A DNA stretch of 64,000 bases from Chiloscyllium plagiosum (taxonomy: Eukaryota): the NCBI RefSeq assembly GCF_004010195.1, contig NC_057753.1, positions 3,804,993 through 3,868,992 on the forward strand. The letters run 5' to 3'. The notes under the pieces were generated by a model that was not told the origin of the DNA, made no database searches, and saw nothing but the letters and a program-made list of their open reading frames with translations. This document shows, piece after piece, positions 25,611 through 38,639 of this stretch (position 1 is its first letter; the number at the start of each line of letters is the position of its first letter). The translations under genes and the position numbers were made by a program.

Positions 25611-26539
25611 ACGGTGCTACTCCCAAAGGTGGAGAAAGTAAAATCAGGAATCCCGTACAATAACGGAATTAGAGAAAAGCAGACATCATGGTGATCTGCG
25701 GCTGGAATAGATCACAGAGGCAAGGAGGAATCAGATGCAGGGGTCTGAAACATAAATGAATTTTATAACTTTGGCACTGTATCACTGAGCAGAGGTAAAC
25801 AAGTCTTGGTGCAAGATAGCACAAGGACAGCAGAGTTTTGGGTTACCTCAAGGTTGAATGTGCGAGGACGGCCAGGAGTATGTCAGGATCGTTCAGTCTA
25901 GAGGTAACAAGGGAATGCATGACAGTTTCATCAGCAGAAGAGCTGAGACTAGGATGGAATCGAGTGATATTACTGAGGGGGAAATAAGCGATTTTGGTCA
26001 TGATGGGGATATGTGGTTAGCAACTAATAGAGTCATACAGTACAGAAACAGACTTTTGGTCCATGCCAACCAGATATCCTAAACTAATTTAGTTCCATTT
26101 GCCAGCTTTTGGTGCATATCCATCTTAAACCTTTCCTATTCGTGTCCGCACCCTTGGGGTGAAATATTTCTCCATTGTAGTGAACAGTCTGGTTCAGACT
26201 CAGAGTTACCAGAGACAGGAATGGAGTCAGTGGTGACTCTGTGGAACTTGTATCTTGAACTCTGTGGGACTGGAACAAAATGTCTTCCGTCTTTACAATA
26301 TTTGACGGAAAGAAATTTCTGCTCATTCGGTACCGGATGCCAGACTGACCCAGACTATGGTCCTGTCCCTGACAAACATTAGTGTCCCAGTTGGGTTTTT
26401 ACAACAACTCAGCAGCTTTCATGGGCACTCTCTCCAAGTCTCAGCTTCACTTGAGATTCATTTAAACTCAATTTCACAATCCAGCTTTGTGCAGGTTGTC
26501 GCTCGTTCCTTTTTTCTGTGTTTTAAATCAATTTCACAG

Positions 26540-27771
26540 GAATTTAGAATGAGAGGATTTGCAGTCAAAAAAACTCCAAACTCAACATCACTTGAGGATC
26601 TTACAGAGTCCGTCAGCATTTGGATGAATACCATTGGGTTTTGAAAGAAAAAACACTGTTCATGTGTCCTGTATGTGGACACGGGTTCCGACAATCATCT
26701 GGCTTCTCAGAACATGAAGACAGACAAAAGGTTTACTCACTCATCCCATTTGCTGACATACCAGCGAGTACGCACTGAAGATAAGCCATTCACCGGAGTC
26801 GATTGTGGGAAAGGATTAATTCAGCTGCTGAGCCAATAGCAAGGTCTGTCTGGGGAGAGGCTATTCACCCACTCTGAATGTGGGAAGGTATTGACTGTCT
26901 CATCCACTGTGAAGATGCATCAGTATGTTCACACTGATGTGACAGTGCTGCTCCTTTAACAAGGTTATGTTGTCATTAGTTTTTTTTTCAAAATGGGCTG
27001 TAAAAAGCAGAGGCTCTGATTTGTCTGGGCAAAAGGCCACTTTGATTATGGATAACAGATACTGCATAAGGCAACAATCAGGGAAAAGCGGCTTTTAGGT
27101 TTTTTTTTTAAAATGCTTGTACATCGAAAAGGGGAATGGCCAGTTCTCTCAATTCAGGAATTTATCCAGTTTGATTTTGGGTTTTAGTAAGCAATCTATC
27201 CAAAGCTGTTGGTTAGAGAGCTGCCGGTAACAGGGAAGCAGTTACAGTGAAAAGTGCTTTAGCCTGAACATTCCCTCCTGTAAGAACCTGTGTTTGATTG
27301 ACTTTATTTTTTGTGCCAAGGGGTGTGTTTATGAGGATGTTTCAGAAAATTGGAACAGCTCCTTTAAGTTGCAGGAATATCGTGTTGGTTGGGTTTTCAA
27401 ATTGTTGTTATTGTACATTTAGTTTCCGTTTGTTCGTGTTTCAGTTGATAGTCTGTAAATAAATTCTGTTTTGTTTAGAATTGAGTGGTCTCACCTGCTG
27501 CATCGCTCATGTAATATCCACTCTATATCTACTTAAAATAACTGGAAAAGTTATGATCTGGGCTACCTTCTTGAAATGTTTCAGGCCGTCTAGCCTGGCC
27601 CATAACACGGAGAATATGCCATTTAAGTGCTCTCACTGTGGACTGGGTTCAAGCACTCATCTAACCTCAAGAAACGTTGATACTAGTGATCAGCCATTTA
27701 CCTGTTGTGTGTGTGGAAATGGATTCACTCAGTCATTCCATTTGCTGAGGTGCCAGAGAGTACACAAGTAA
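26540..27771 (+). pseudogene. Decayed C2H2 zinc-finger paralogue, split by a solo LTR
   Basis: Acceptor ttaaatcaatttcacag matches ~18260. Finger remnants PFKCSHCG and PFTCCVCGNGFTQSFHLLRCQRVHK*. Stops and lost Cys/His residues. Confidence 0.8.
26938..27607 (+). mobile_element. Solo LTR
   Basis: tgtgac...ataaca termini, flanks ctga/cgga, AATAAA near 27458. The start ctgctcctttaaca is shared with 58017. Confidence 0.75.
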
Positions 27772-28476
27772 CTACAGTGATTATGCGCAGTTCTTGATTT
27801 GTAGGGTTTATTATTCACAAGAAATAGATATTAGGTAATACATAGGTTTTCTCTACTTAAATTTAATAAGGCACTAGGACATGTTGCAGTAAAGCCAAGA
27901 ACACAAACAAATGAGAGTTGAAATTGCACAGGCTGTGATCGTAATCTTTCAATCTCAATTACTTTTGGGGTGTGTTGGAGGATTGGAAAAATTGAAAACA
28001 TTATGCAGTGGTTTGAAGAAAAAGTGCAAAGATAAAACTTGCATCTGCAGGCCAGCCAGGTTAATTTTGATGATTGAGAAACTTTTAGAAACAATATGTT
28101 TAACAATTGGAGAAACGTGTATAGTTGAGTTCTCCAGGGTAAGTGTTTTGCAGTTGCTTTTCTGCATATCTACTGCCAAACTTCATTTGAAAAGAACTTT
28201 GATATTTAGCAATTGTGTAAAACGCCATGTCTGCTATAATCGCAGGACTGGACTTAATGGTAAGTTTGCAGAGGATGGGGTTTAGTTTGGATAAATTTGA
28301 GGTGTTGCATTTTGGTAAGGCAAACCAGAGTAGAACTCATACAGTAGATGGTAGGGCTTTGTTGCCAAACAAAGAGACCTAGACGTGCAGCTGCATAGCT
28401 CCAGGGAGACAGGGCGGTGAAGATGTTGGTTGAGAGAGTGCAGAAAAGATTGACAAAGATATTGTTAGGATTGAAA

Positions 28477-30435
28477 CATAGAAACATATCAAACAGGGAC
28501 AGGCTATTCAGCCCTTTGAGCCAGCACCACCATTCAATATGATCATGACTGACCATGCAATCTCAGTATCCCATTCCACCTCCATACCCCTTGATTCCTT
28601 TCGCCGCAAGGACCATGTCCAGCTCCTTCTTAAATATATCTAATGAACTGGCCCAACAGCTTTCTGTGGGAGTGAATTCCACAGGTTCACGAGTCTCTGA
28701 GTGAAGAAATTCTTCCTCATCTCATTCTTGAAAGCTTACCCCTTATTCTTCGACTCCAACCCCTCATTCTGTACTTCCCAAACATTGGGAAAATTCTTCC
28801 CATATCTAGCCTGCCCAGTCCCATCAGGATTGTACAGGTTTCTGTGAGATCCCCCCTCATTCTTCTAAATTCCAGTGAATACAAGCTCAGTTGATCCAGT
28901 CTTGCCTCATATGTAAGAACTGCCATCCCGGCAATCAGTCTGGCTCAGTAGTTAATGCTGCTGCCTCACAGCGCCAGAGGGTTCAATTCCAGCCTCGGGC
29001 GACTGTCTATGTGGAGCTTTCACAATCTTCCCATGTATGTGTGGGTTTCCTCCAGGTGCTCTGGTTTCCTCCCACAATCCAAAGATGTGCAGGTTAGGCC
29101 ATGTTAAGTTGCCCATAGTGTTCAGGAATGTGTAGGTTAGGTGTATTAGTCCAGGGTAAATGGGGAGGGGAATGGGTTTGGAGGGTCGGTGTGGACTGGT
29201 TGAGCCAAATGGCCTGTTTCCACACTGCAGGGATTCTGTGATGATTAGCTGGAGTCCCTCAATAGTAAAACATGTCCTTCCTCAGACTAGAAGACTAAAA
29301 CTAGAAGACAATACTCAAGGTGTGGCCTCAACAAGGCTCTATATAACTGCAGCAAGACATCCTTACTCTGATAATCAGATCCCCTTGTTATGAAACAGAG
29401 TATGCCATTAGCTTTTGATTGCCTGCATCAAAACATGCCAACATTCAGCAACTGTTCCACTATGACACCCAGGTCTTGTTGCAACTCACTATTTCCTAAA
29501 CTGCCACCATTCAGATAATAATTTGCCTTTTGTGACCAAAGTGGATAACTTCACATTTATCCACATTATATTGTATTTGTCAAGTATTTGCCCACTCAGC
29601 CAGTCTATCCAAGGTATTCCTGATGAAGGGCTTTTGCCCAAAATGTCGATTTTACCGCTCCTTGGATGCTGCCTGAGCTGCTGTGCTTTTCCAGCACCTC
29701 TCTAATCTAAACTCTGGTTTCCAGCATCTGCAGTCATTGTTTTTACCCAGTCTATCCAAGTCACCCTGCGGACTCTTACCATCCTCCTCACAGCACACAC
29801 TGCTACCCAGCTTAGTGTCATCTGCAAATTTGGAGGTATAGCATTCAAATCCTTTGTCCAAATCATTAATGTATTTTGTGAACAGCTGAGGTCCCAGCAC
29901 TGAACCCTGTGGCACCCCACTCGTCACTGCCTGCCTCTCTGAAAAGGACCCATTTATTCCAGTCTGCCAACCAGTTCTCCATCCATGTAAATACATTACC
30001 TCTGATACCATAAGCTTTAATATTTCTTACTAAGCTCTTATGTGCAACCTTGTCAAAAGGCTTTTGGAAGTCCAGATTCACACTTACTGATTCACCATTG
30101 TCTACTGTACTGATCACATCCTCAAAGAAAATTCAGAAGACTTGTCAAGCATAATTTTCCTTTAGTGGATCCATGCTGACTAGTTCCACTTCTGCTTTCA
30201 AAATGCTGTTATTGCATCCTTAATGGTTGGCTCCATCATTTTCCCCACTACAACTATCAGGCTAACCAGTGTATAATTACCCATGTTCTCGCCCTCCTTT
30301 TTTAAAAGAGTGGGGTTACATTAGCTACCCTCCAGTCCTTTGGAACATGTCTAGAGTCTGCAGAATGTTGGAAAATGATTATCAATACATCCACTATTTC
30401 TAGGGCCACTTCCTTAAGTATTCTGGGATGCAGAG
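28477..30435 (-). mobile_element. CR1 LINE ORF2 fragment with nested HE1 SINE (~28935-29243, +) and family A insertion
   Basis: VTSGVPQGSVLGPQLF...SKFADDTKLG and LDFQKPFDKVAH. Confidence 0.85.
29614..29746 (+). mobile_element. Family A pLTR mini-insertion
   Basis: Starts gtattcctgatgaagggcttttgccc. 14-bp TSD ccagtctatccaag at 29600-29613 and 29747-29760. Confidence 0.9.
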
Positions 30436-31642
30436 GGGAAGGTGGATAAAACAAGCAGACAAAGTTGTTGATAGTTGTCTGATAGTTGTTGTTTAATATT
30501 CTCTTTTTCTGGAGTTAAAGAATAAATTATTGATTTTTTTTCTTATAATAGTGGGATTTGGGTAGTTCTTTGTCACTCATACTTTGAGCTGAGGTGAGCT
30601 TTTCAGTGTGTCTGGTTTCAGTTAGCAGAAGGGTTGACCCTGTATCTTAACACCCGTCTAGGATGGCTTTCTCTCTTATCAGTTCCCCAAATTTTTGGTC
30701 AAGGAAACCAACCCTCCACATATTCCAGGAAATCCTCCTGCATCACATAACTACCAGTTTGTTTAGTCCAATCAATACTGCTGCTTCCTCCATCCAGGCA
30801 CACGCTATGTTGTGAATCTGTGGCAGATAATGAGTTATTATTAAATGCAATGCAAATTAGAAACATCATTCCAAGAATTGGCACATTAATGACGCACCAG
30901 ACTGTCGCTGGTAGGTATTTGAACTGGTAGGTAATCCTTCGGCACATCATTCTCTGTTGAGAAAGATGCTGACTCTGTTGGAAATCAGCACGTGAAATGA
31001 CACCCAAATATTGAGAAGGTTTGTTGTGTTAAAGGAACAAACAACACCTGCATCTTCCCTATGGTCACAGCTGTGTTGACCCCACGGATCTCTCTGATAT
31101 TGCAACAGGGTCGACCCGTGTGATGGGAACTCCGTCTCCTTGAGCCAAATAGGTCCTGTTCCTATTCGGAATAACTGAGTGTCATACTAATATCCTGGAG
31201 GGGACAGCGGTCCAACTGTTTATGTATTTTTTTTATCTTGTGAGTCCAGTTTATCCAAGCCCACACTGACCTGCTGGTCTGACGATGGAACAGTTCCACC
31301 CTCCCCTCACAGTGAAGCTTGCCAATCACCAGCCACATCTCCTTGTACTCTGTTCATACCTAACAGATATCCAGACTGATAAATTGCTGATGTTTTCTTT
31401 GCATAGCTCTGTGTGTCCTCCGATATCCAACCCAGATTTTCGAAACAAACATAACAATGATATAAAAACAGGAATGGCCAGAGAAACTCAACAGAGTCTG
31501 TGGAGAGGGTTTGGAGTCAATGTTTTGGGTCTAGTGATACTTATCCTGAAGTGAGGGAGCTTCACTGGATACAAAACAATGACTCTGCTTTGTCTCCACA
31601 GATTCTGCCAGTCATTTCATGTTTCTACAAGCAATTTCTCAA

Positions 31643-32200
31643 AGAACAAAGAAAATTACAGCACAGGAACAGGCACTTTGGCCCTCCAAGCCTACGCTGA
31701 TCCAGATCCTCTATCTAAACCTTGCACCTATTTTGTAAGGATCTGTATCCCTCTGCTCCCTGCCTATTCATAAATCTGTCTAGATACATCTTAGATGACA
31801 CTATCGTACCCGCCTCTACTACCTCAGCAGGTAATGCATTCCAGGCACCCACAGCCCTGTGCTTAACGAACTTGCCATGCATATCTCCCCTAGGCTTTCC
31901 CCTCTCACCTTGAACTCATGACTCCTAGTAATTGGGTCCACCACTCTGGAGAGAAAGCTTCTTGCTATCCATCCTGTCAATACCTCTCATGATTTTGTAG
32001 ACCTCAACTACGTCCCCCTTTAACCTTCATCTTTCTAATGAAAATCATCATAATCTACTCAACCTCTCCTCATAGCTAGCTCCCTCCATGCCAGGAAACA
32101 TCCTGGTGAACCTCCTCTGCACCCTCTCCAAGACATCCAATATCCTTCTGGTAATGTGGCGACCAGAACCCGTACTTGGTATTCCAAGTGTGGCCCAATA
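31643..32200 (-). mobile_element. CR1 LINE 3' fragment
   Basis: LERVQRRFTRMFPGMEGASYEERLSRL. Confidence 0.82.
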
Positions 32201-32454
32201 TTTGCTATTCACCAGCCGCATTTCGTACAATAACAGATGTCTAGACTGATAAATTGTTTAAGCCTTCAGTGCATAACTGTCTGTCCTCTGATATCGAACA
32301 CAGGTTTTGTAAATTAATATGATACATGAGATACCTTAATAAACGATTGGAAGAAGTAACCGAAATTGAAAGTAGAAGCAAGGCAGAAGTTCATGGAGTT
32401 TCAAAAGACACTCAGCAAGTTACTACGAGAATCTTGAACGAATTACATTTTGTT

Positions 32455-32772
32455 TTAGATTAGAATCCCTAAAGTGGGGAAACAGGCCCTTTGGCCCAAC
32501 AAGTCCACACCGACCCTCTGAAGAGTAACCCACCCAGACCAATCTCCCCACACTTTCCCCTGACTAATGCAACTAACACTATAAGCAATTTAGCACAGCC
32601 AGTTCACCTGACCTGCACATCTTTTGGACTCTGGGAGGATACTGGAGCACCCGGAGGAAACCCATGCAGACACGGGGAGAATGTGCAACCTCCACACAGT
32701 CAGTCACCTGAGCTGGGAATCGAACCCTGGTCCCTAGTGCTGTGAGGCAGCAGTGCTAACCAGTGAGCCGCA
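32455..32772 (-). mobile_element. HE1-type SINE
   Basis: Reverse-complement match to the other copies. Confidence 0.85.
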
Positions 32773-33141
32773 TACAAAATAGTAGGGGGAAGAAACTGAC
32801 AGCAAACAGGAAGTCTGAGCTCAAAGGAGGTTGTCAGATTTGCAGAAGATTGCAAGTGCTAATCTACAGGAACTGGGAGTAATGTTTTGACTGTTTGATA
32901 TTGTGGCAAACAGTTTTGATTTGGTGATCCCAGAACAATTTCAAACATTCCGATTGACAACAAATTATGGAATACGGTTACAGATCAGGATGCAAAAGTC
33001 AAGGAATTTCTAATAAATGGATTGCATTTGGGTAAATGGGTGCCCGATGGATGATAAATTTTTAATTAATCTAAGTCCATGGTGGTGAAATCTGACAGGA
33101 GGTATAAAGAGGACAGAGACTCATTGCAAACTGAGAATCAA

Positions 33142-33366
33142 CTCGGCAAAAATGAGGACTGCAGATGTTGGAAACCAGAGTCTAGATTATAGTGGTGCTG
33201 GAAAAAAACAGCAGATCAGGCAGCATCCGAGGAGCAGGAAAATTGACGTTTTGGGCAAAAGCCCTTCATTCATTCCTGATGAAGGGCTTTTGCCCGAAAC
33301 ATTGATTTTCCTCCTCCTCAGATGCTGCCTAACCTGTTGTGCTTTTCCAATACCACTATAATCTAG
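33142..33366. mobile_element. Family A fold-back mini-element
   Basis: Centre gcccttcatt-cattcctgatgaagggc. 14-bp TSD aaactgagaatcaa at 33128-33141 and 33367-33380. Confidence 0.9.
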
Positions 33367-34179
33367 AAACTGAGAATCAATCTGAAACAGAACCACAAAC
33401 AGGTTGAGGGATACACAAACATTTCTAGTGGCTGGGTGCAAAACTGGTGATCATGAAGAGCACTGTGTCACGAGTAAAGCTTTTTGGACATTTTGGGCCA
33501 CCAAAGATGGTTTTGATACTCAGCTCGGCTGAGGTGGAGAAATGTAGTAATGGAAAGACTGTTTAGTATAGGTAAAACGATAGCTCTGCTCACTCAGTGC
33601 AACATGGACATGCCATGTCTAACTGTATGCACTTGTTGCCTCTGCTGTACATACTCCCTAATTCACTATACAACCGTTCGTATGAATTCTCGCGCATAAC
33701 ATTGTAGGAGAACAACAACCTCACCTGGGCACATGATTCTCACATCCTCTTTATGAGAACAGTCGCCTTGATGACCCAAGTGTGCTGAAGGACATTCCCA
33801 GAGAAATGATTCATTTCCAGAACACTACACATCTTTCAACCAAACCGGGCTTGATCCTGGTCCATAAGAGGAACGAAGTGTCAGTTCCAGTGCATTCCCA
33901 CAACCCAGTTGTTTGCAAACCACTTCAGTGACTATCACATCATCGCAAACTGATCTCCATGTGCCTTCATAGTAAATCTCTGCCTGACCAACACAGCAGC
34001 TTCCACTCTCTGCCAGCCTTCACTGCAAGTGTTCCGCTAGACAATCATACAAATGATTATACTTTAAATGCCCACTCACTTCTTTGTTCAATCCAGCATA
34101 GTGTACAAAGGCTCAGGTAGAAAGGCTTTTCCACTTTCATGTGACATGCAGTAAAGCATGAATGGGAATGTCTGACAAC

Positions 34180-35837
34180 ATTGATAGTTCAGCCCTCAAC
34201 ACTATTATCTACTTGAGACTGATTACTAAACTTAGTGATCTTGGACTAAGCCCCACTCTCTGCAACTGGATCCTCAGTTCTCTGATGCACAGGCCACAGT
34301 CAGTGAAGATTGGGGACAATATTTCAACCTCACTAACAGTCAACACTGGAGACCCCCTTGGGGTACCTATTCAGCCCCCTACTATACTCGCTGTACACCC
34401 ATGACTGCATCAACAAATACCAGACTAATGCCATTTACAAGTGCGCTGATGACAATACCATAGTCGGTCAAATCTCAGATGGTGATGAAACAGACAGGAA
34501 GTGGAAGACCTGGGGAAATGGTGCAATGAGAACAACCTAGCTCTCAATGCAGGTAAAACCAAGGAACTCATTATTGACTTTTGGTGGGATGTTACTCATG
34601 CCCCCCCAACACACACACACACACATTAACAGCATGGAGGTGGAACGAATGGAGAGTGTCAAGCTCCTGGGAGTGGTCATCCCCAACAAGCTTTCTTGGA
34701 CTCTCCATGTGGACACCCTGGTTACAAAGGCCCAACAACGTCTCTTCTTCCTCAGGCAGCTGAGGAAATTTGGCATGGTGGTGATTACCATTGCCAACTT
34801 TTATATTTGTGCCATCAAGAGCGTTCTGTCTGGATGTATCACTACCTGGTATGGCAACTGTGCCATTCAAGATCAGAGACAGTTACAGACAGTGGGAAAC
34901 TCGGTCCAACCTCCCATCTATAGAATCCATCTACCAGGCCCGCTGTCAAGGAAAGGCCACCAGCATTCTCAAAGATCCATCCCACCCCGGCAATGTTTTT
35001 CTACAACCTCTACCATTAGGGAGAAGGTACAGAAGCCTGAACACACGCACCAGCCAGTTTTGCAACAGTTTCTCCCCTACTGTTGTTAGAATACTGAATG
35101 GACTCTCAAACTCTTAATATTCACCTGTCCCTGTGTTTTTGTTTTTGCCGCTGTTTACCTATTATTTACTTATCTGTGCTACTTAACTTGGTAATTCTGC
35201 TGGTATTGCTCACAAGACAAAGCTTTTCACTGTGCATCTTCTTGGACTCTTCATGTGGACGCACTGGTTACAAAGGCCCAACAACGTCTCTTCTTCCTCA
35301 GGCAGCTGAGGAAATTTGGCATGGTGGCGATTACCATTGCCAACTTTTATATTTGTGCCATCAAGAGCATTCTGTCTGGATGTATCACTACCTGGTATGG
35401 CAACTGTACCATTCAAGATCGGAGACAGTTACAGACAGTGGGAAACTCGGTCCGGGCAATCACAAAGGCCAACCTCCCATCTATAGAATCCATCTACCGG
35501 GCCAGGTGTCAAGGAAAGGCCGCCAGCATTCTCAAAGATCCATCCCACCCTGGCAATGTTTTTCTACAACCTCTGCCATTGGAGAGAAGGTACAGCAGCC
35601 TGACCACACGCACCAGCCAGTTTTGCAACAGTTTCTCCCCTACTGTTGTTAGAATACTGAATGGACTCTCAAACTCCTAATATTCACCTGTACCTGTGTT
35701 TTTGTTTTTGCCGCTGTTTACCTATTATTTACTTATCTGTGCTACTTAACTTGGTAATTCTGCTGGTATTGCTCACAAGACAAAGCTTTTCACTGTGCAT
35801 CGGTACATGTGACAATAAATTCAATTCAATTCAATTT
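34180..35837 (+). mobile_element. Rex1/Babar-like LINE RT 3' part with duplicated 3' end
   Basis: SSALNTI...[19 protein letters not shown]...KCADD and KAQQRLFFLRQLRKFG. Ends with aataaa and a (ttcaa)n tail. Confidence 0.8.
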
Positions 35838-35949
35838 AAGACTGAGTCAATTCTTTTAGCAAGAATGCACAGCAAAGAATTATTTCAATAAGTCTTCTGG
35901 CATCAACATCTCAATGCTCTCCTTTACTCATTGACTATCATTTTATTGG

Positions 35950-37110
35950 AGGGTGGCAAATATTATTCCCTTGTTCAAGAAAAGGAATAGGGATAACCTG
36001 AGAATTACAGACCAGTCAGTCTTACGTCTGTGGTGGGCAAATTATTAGAGAGGATACCGAGAGACAGGATTTATCATTATTTGGAAAATCATAGTTTAAA
36101 TGGAGCATGGCTTTGTGAGGGGCAGTTCATGCCTGACAAGCCATTTTGAATTCTTCGGGGATGTGACAAAATACATTGATGAAGCTAGAGCAGTGGATGT
36201 GGCGCTCATGGATTTTAGCAAGGCATTTGATAGGGTTCTCCACAGTGGCTCATTGAGAAAGTAAGGCGACATGGGATGCAGAGAAATTTGGCTGCCTGGA
36301 TACAGAATTGGCTGGTCCTTAGAAGACAGAGGGTGGTAGTATTCAGCCTGGAGCTCAGTGACCAATGGTGTTCTGTTGGGATTTATTCTGGAACCTCTGC
36401 ACTTTGTGATTTTGTGGTTTTGATAAATAACTTGGAGAGGAAGTAGAAGTGGAAGTGCCAATGACATGAAGGATAATGGAGCTATAGATATTGTGGAGGG
36501 CTGTTGTTGGTTGCATTGGGATATTGATAGGATGCAGAGCTGGGCTGAGAAGTAGCAGATGGAGTTCAACCTGGAAAAGTGTGAACTGATTCATTTTTGG
36601 ATGGCCAAATTTGAATGCAGCTTACAGGTTTAAAGGCAGGAGTCTTGGAAGTGTGGACCGTGGGATCCACGTCCATAGATCCCTCAAAGTTGCCACCCAA
36701 GTTGTTAAGAAGGCGTATGATGTGTTGGCTTTCATTAGCAGGGGAATTGAGTCTAAGAGCCATGAGGTTATGGTGCAGTTCTACAGAGCCTTGGCTAGAC
36801 CACTTTTGGAATATTGCATTCAGTCCTGGTGACCTCATTATAGGAAGGGTGTGGAAGCTTTAGAGAGGGTGCAGAGGAGATTTACCAGGATGGTGCCTGA
36901 ACTGGAGGGCATGCCTTATGAAGAAAGGCTGAAGGTGCTAGGGATTTACTCATTGGAACAAAACAGAATGAGAGGTGACTTGATAGAGGTGTACAAGATG
37001 ATGAGAGACAGAGATAGATAGAATGGATAGCCAGAGACTTTTTCCCAAGGTGGAAATGGCTATCATGAGGGGGCATAATTTTAAGGTGATTGGAAGAAGG
37101 TTTAGGGGAG
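35950..37110 (+). mobile_element. CR1 LINE RT/3' fragment
   Basis: aattacagaccagtcagtcttacgtctgtggtgggc (NYRPVSLTSVVG), MDFSKAFD and RPLLEYCIQ. Confidence 0.85.
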
Positions 37111-37619
37111 ATCCAACGCCTCCTCTACTGTGATATGGACTGTCCCCAAGATATCACCACTAACTTCCCCAAACTCCCAAGTCATCATGTCTTTCTCCAT
37201 GCAGGGAGGCCAGTTGTAATACGATCAGGTATGATTCGGAGGGATAGAGTCATTGAGATGTACAGGACAGAATGAAACCCTTCGGTCCAACTCGTCCATA
37301 CTGATGATGGTGGAATTCAACTTTTCCAATATTAACTTTGGTATTTATGAGGTGAAAAGCTTTGAGGTCTCAGAATTCTTCAAATGCATTGAGGAGAGCT
37401 TAAAAATGAGTTTCACATTGAGGGCTGTACAAGAGAGGGCTCTCCTGAATTTAGTTTTACGTATATGGGTTCAGGAGTGGTTGAAATATCATTGGGAGAC
37501 TATTTTGCAGACAGCAATAAAAACTCTGTGATTGTTGTGGTAAAGGACAAAGATATGCATGAGGTCAAAGTTCTAAACTGCAATGCGGCTGATTGTATTA
37601 AGATCAGGTATGATTGAGA

Positions 37620-38560
37620 GTCATAGAGTCAGAGAGATGTACAGCACAGAAACAAACCCTTTGGTCCAACTCATCCAGGCTGACAGGATATTGTGAAATA
37701 ATCTAATCCCATTTCCCAGCACTTGGTCCATATCCCTTTAAACCCTTCCTACTCATAAACCCATCCAGATGCCTTTTAAATGTTGTACTTGTCCCATCAT
37801 TTCCTCTGGCAGCTCATTCCATACCCGCACCAGCCTCTGTGTAAAAACGTTGCCCCGTAGGTCTTTTCTTTTTAATATTTCCCTTCTCACCCCTTAGGTC
37901 CCGTTTAAATCTTTCCACTCTCACCTTAAACCTGCACCCTCTATTTCTAGACTCCCACAACCCAGGGAAAACACCCTGTGGGCTTTTGCCCAAAACGTCG
38001 ATTTTGCTGAAGCTCCTCGGATGCTGCCCGAACTGCTGTGCTCTTCCAGCACCATTGATCCAGAATATGGTTTCCAGCATCTGCAGTCATTGTTTTTACC
38101 CTGTCTATTTACCCTATCCATGCCCCTCATGATTTTATAAACCTCTATAAGGTCACTCCTCAGCCTCCAACACTCCAGGGAAAACAGCCCCGGCCTATTC
38201 ATCCTCTCCCTTAGCTCAAACCCTCCAACCCTGGCAACATCCTTGTAAATCTTTTCTGAACCGTTTCAAGTTTCACAGCATCCTTCCGATAGGAAGGAGA
38301 CCAGAATTGCAAGCAATATTTGAAAGTGGCCGAACCAGTATCCTATACAGCTGCAACATGAACTGCCAACTCTTGTACTCAATACTCTGACCAATAAAGC
38401 ATACCAAACGCCTTCTTCACTATCCTATCTACCTGCGACTCCACTTTCAAGGAGCTATGAACCTGCACTCAAAGGAAGAGTCCCTACGACCTTACCATTA
38501 ATTGTATAATTCCTGTCCTGATGTGTCTTTCCAAAACGCAGCACCTCACATTTATCTTTG
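37620..38560 (-). mobile_element. CR1 LINE 3' fragment with family A insertion (~37979-38097, +)
   Basis: GLFSLE..RLRSDLIEVYKIMRGMDRVN. The insert gggcttttgccc...cagtcattgttttt is flanked by accctgt. Confidence 0.82.
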
Positions 38561-38639
38561 GTCAGAGTGGGACATTCAAGGTAACGTGCTGCAGTAAAGA
38601 TAAAGCGCGGAACACCTATATCTTGTGAATCCCGGATCT

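Noticed and set aside
30699..31007. 102-aa minus-strand ORF with a hydrophobic stretch
   Set aside because: No recognisable domain, no in-frame splice support, and its end runs into LINE sequence.
33720..33750. HDSHIL motif reminiscent of Harbinger transposase
   Set aside because: The motif is too short, the surrounding frame is not supportive and no TIRs were found.
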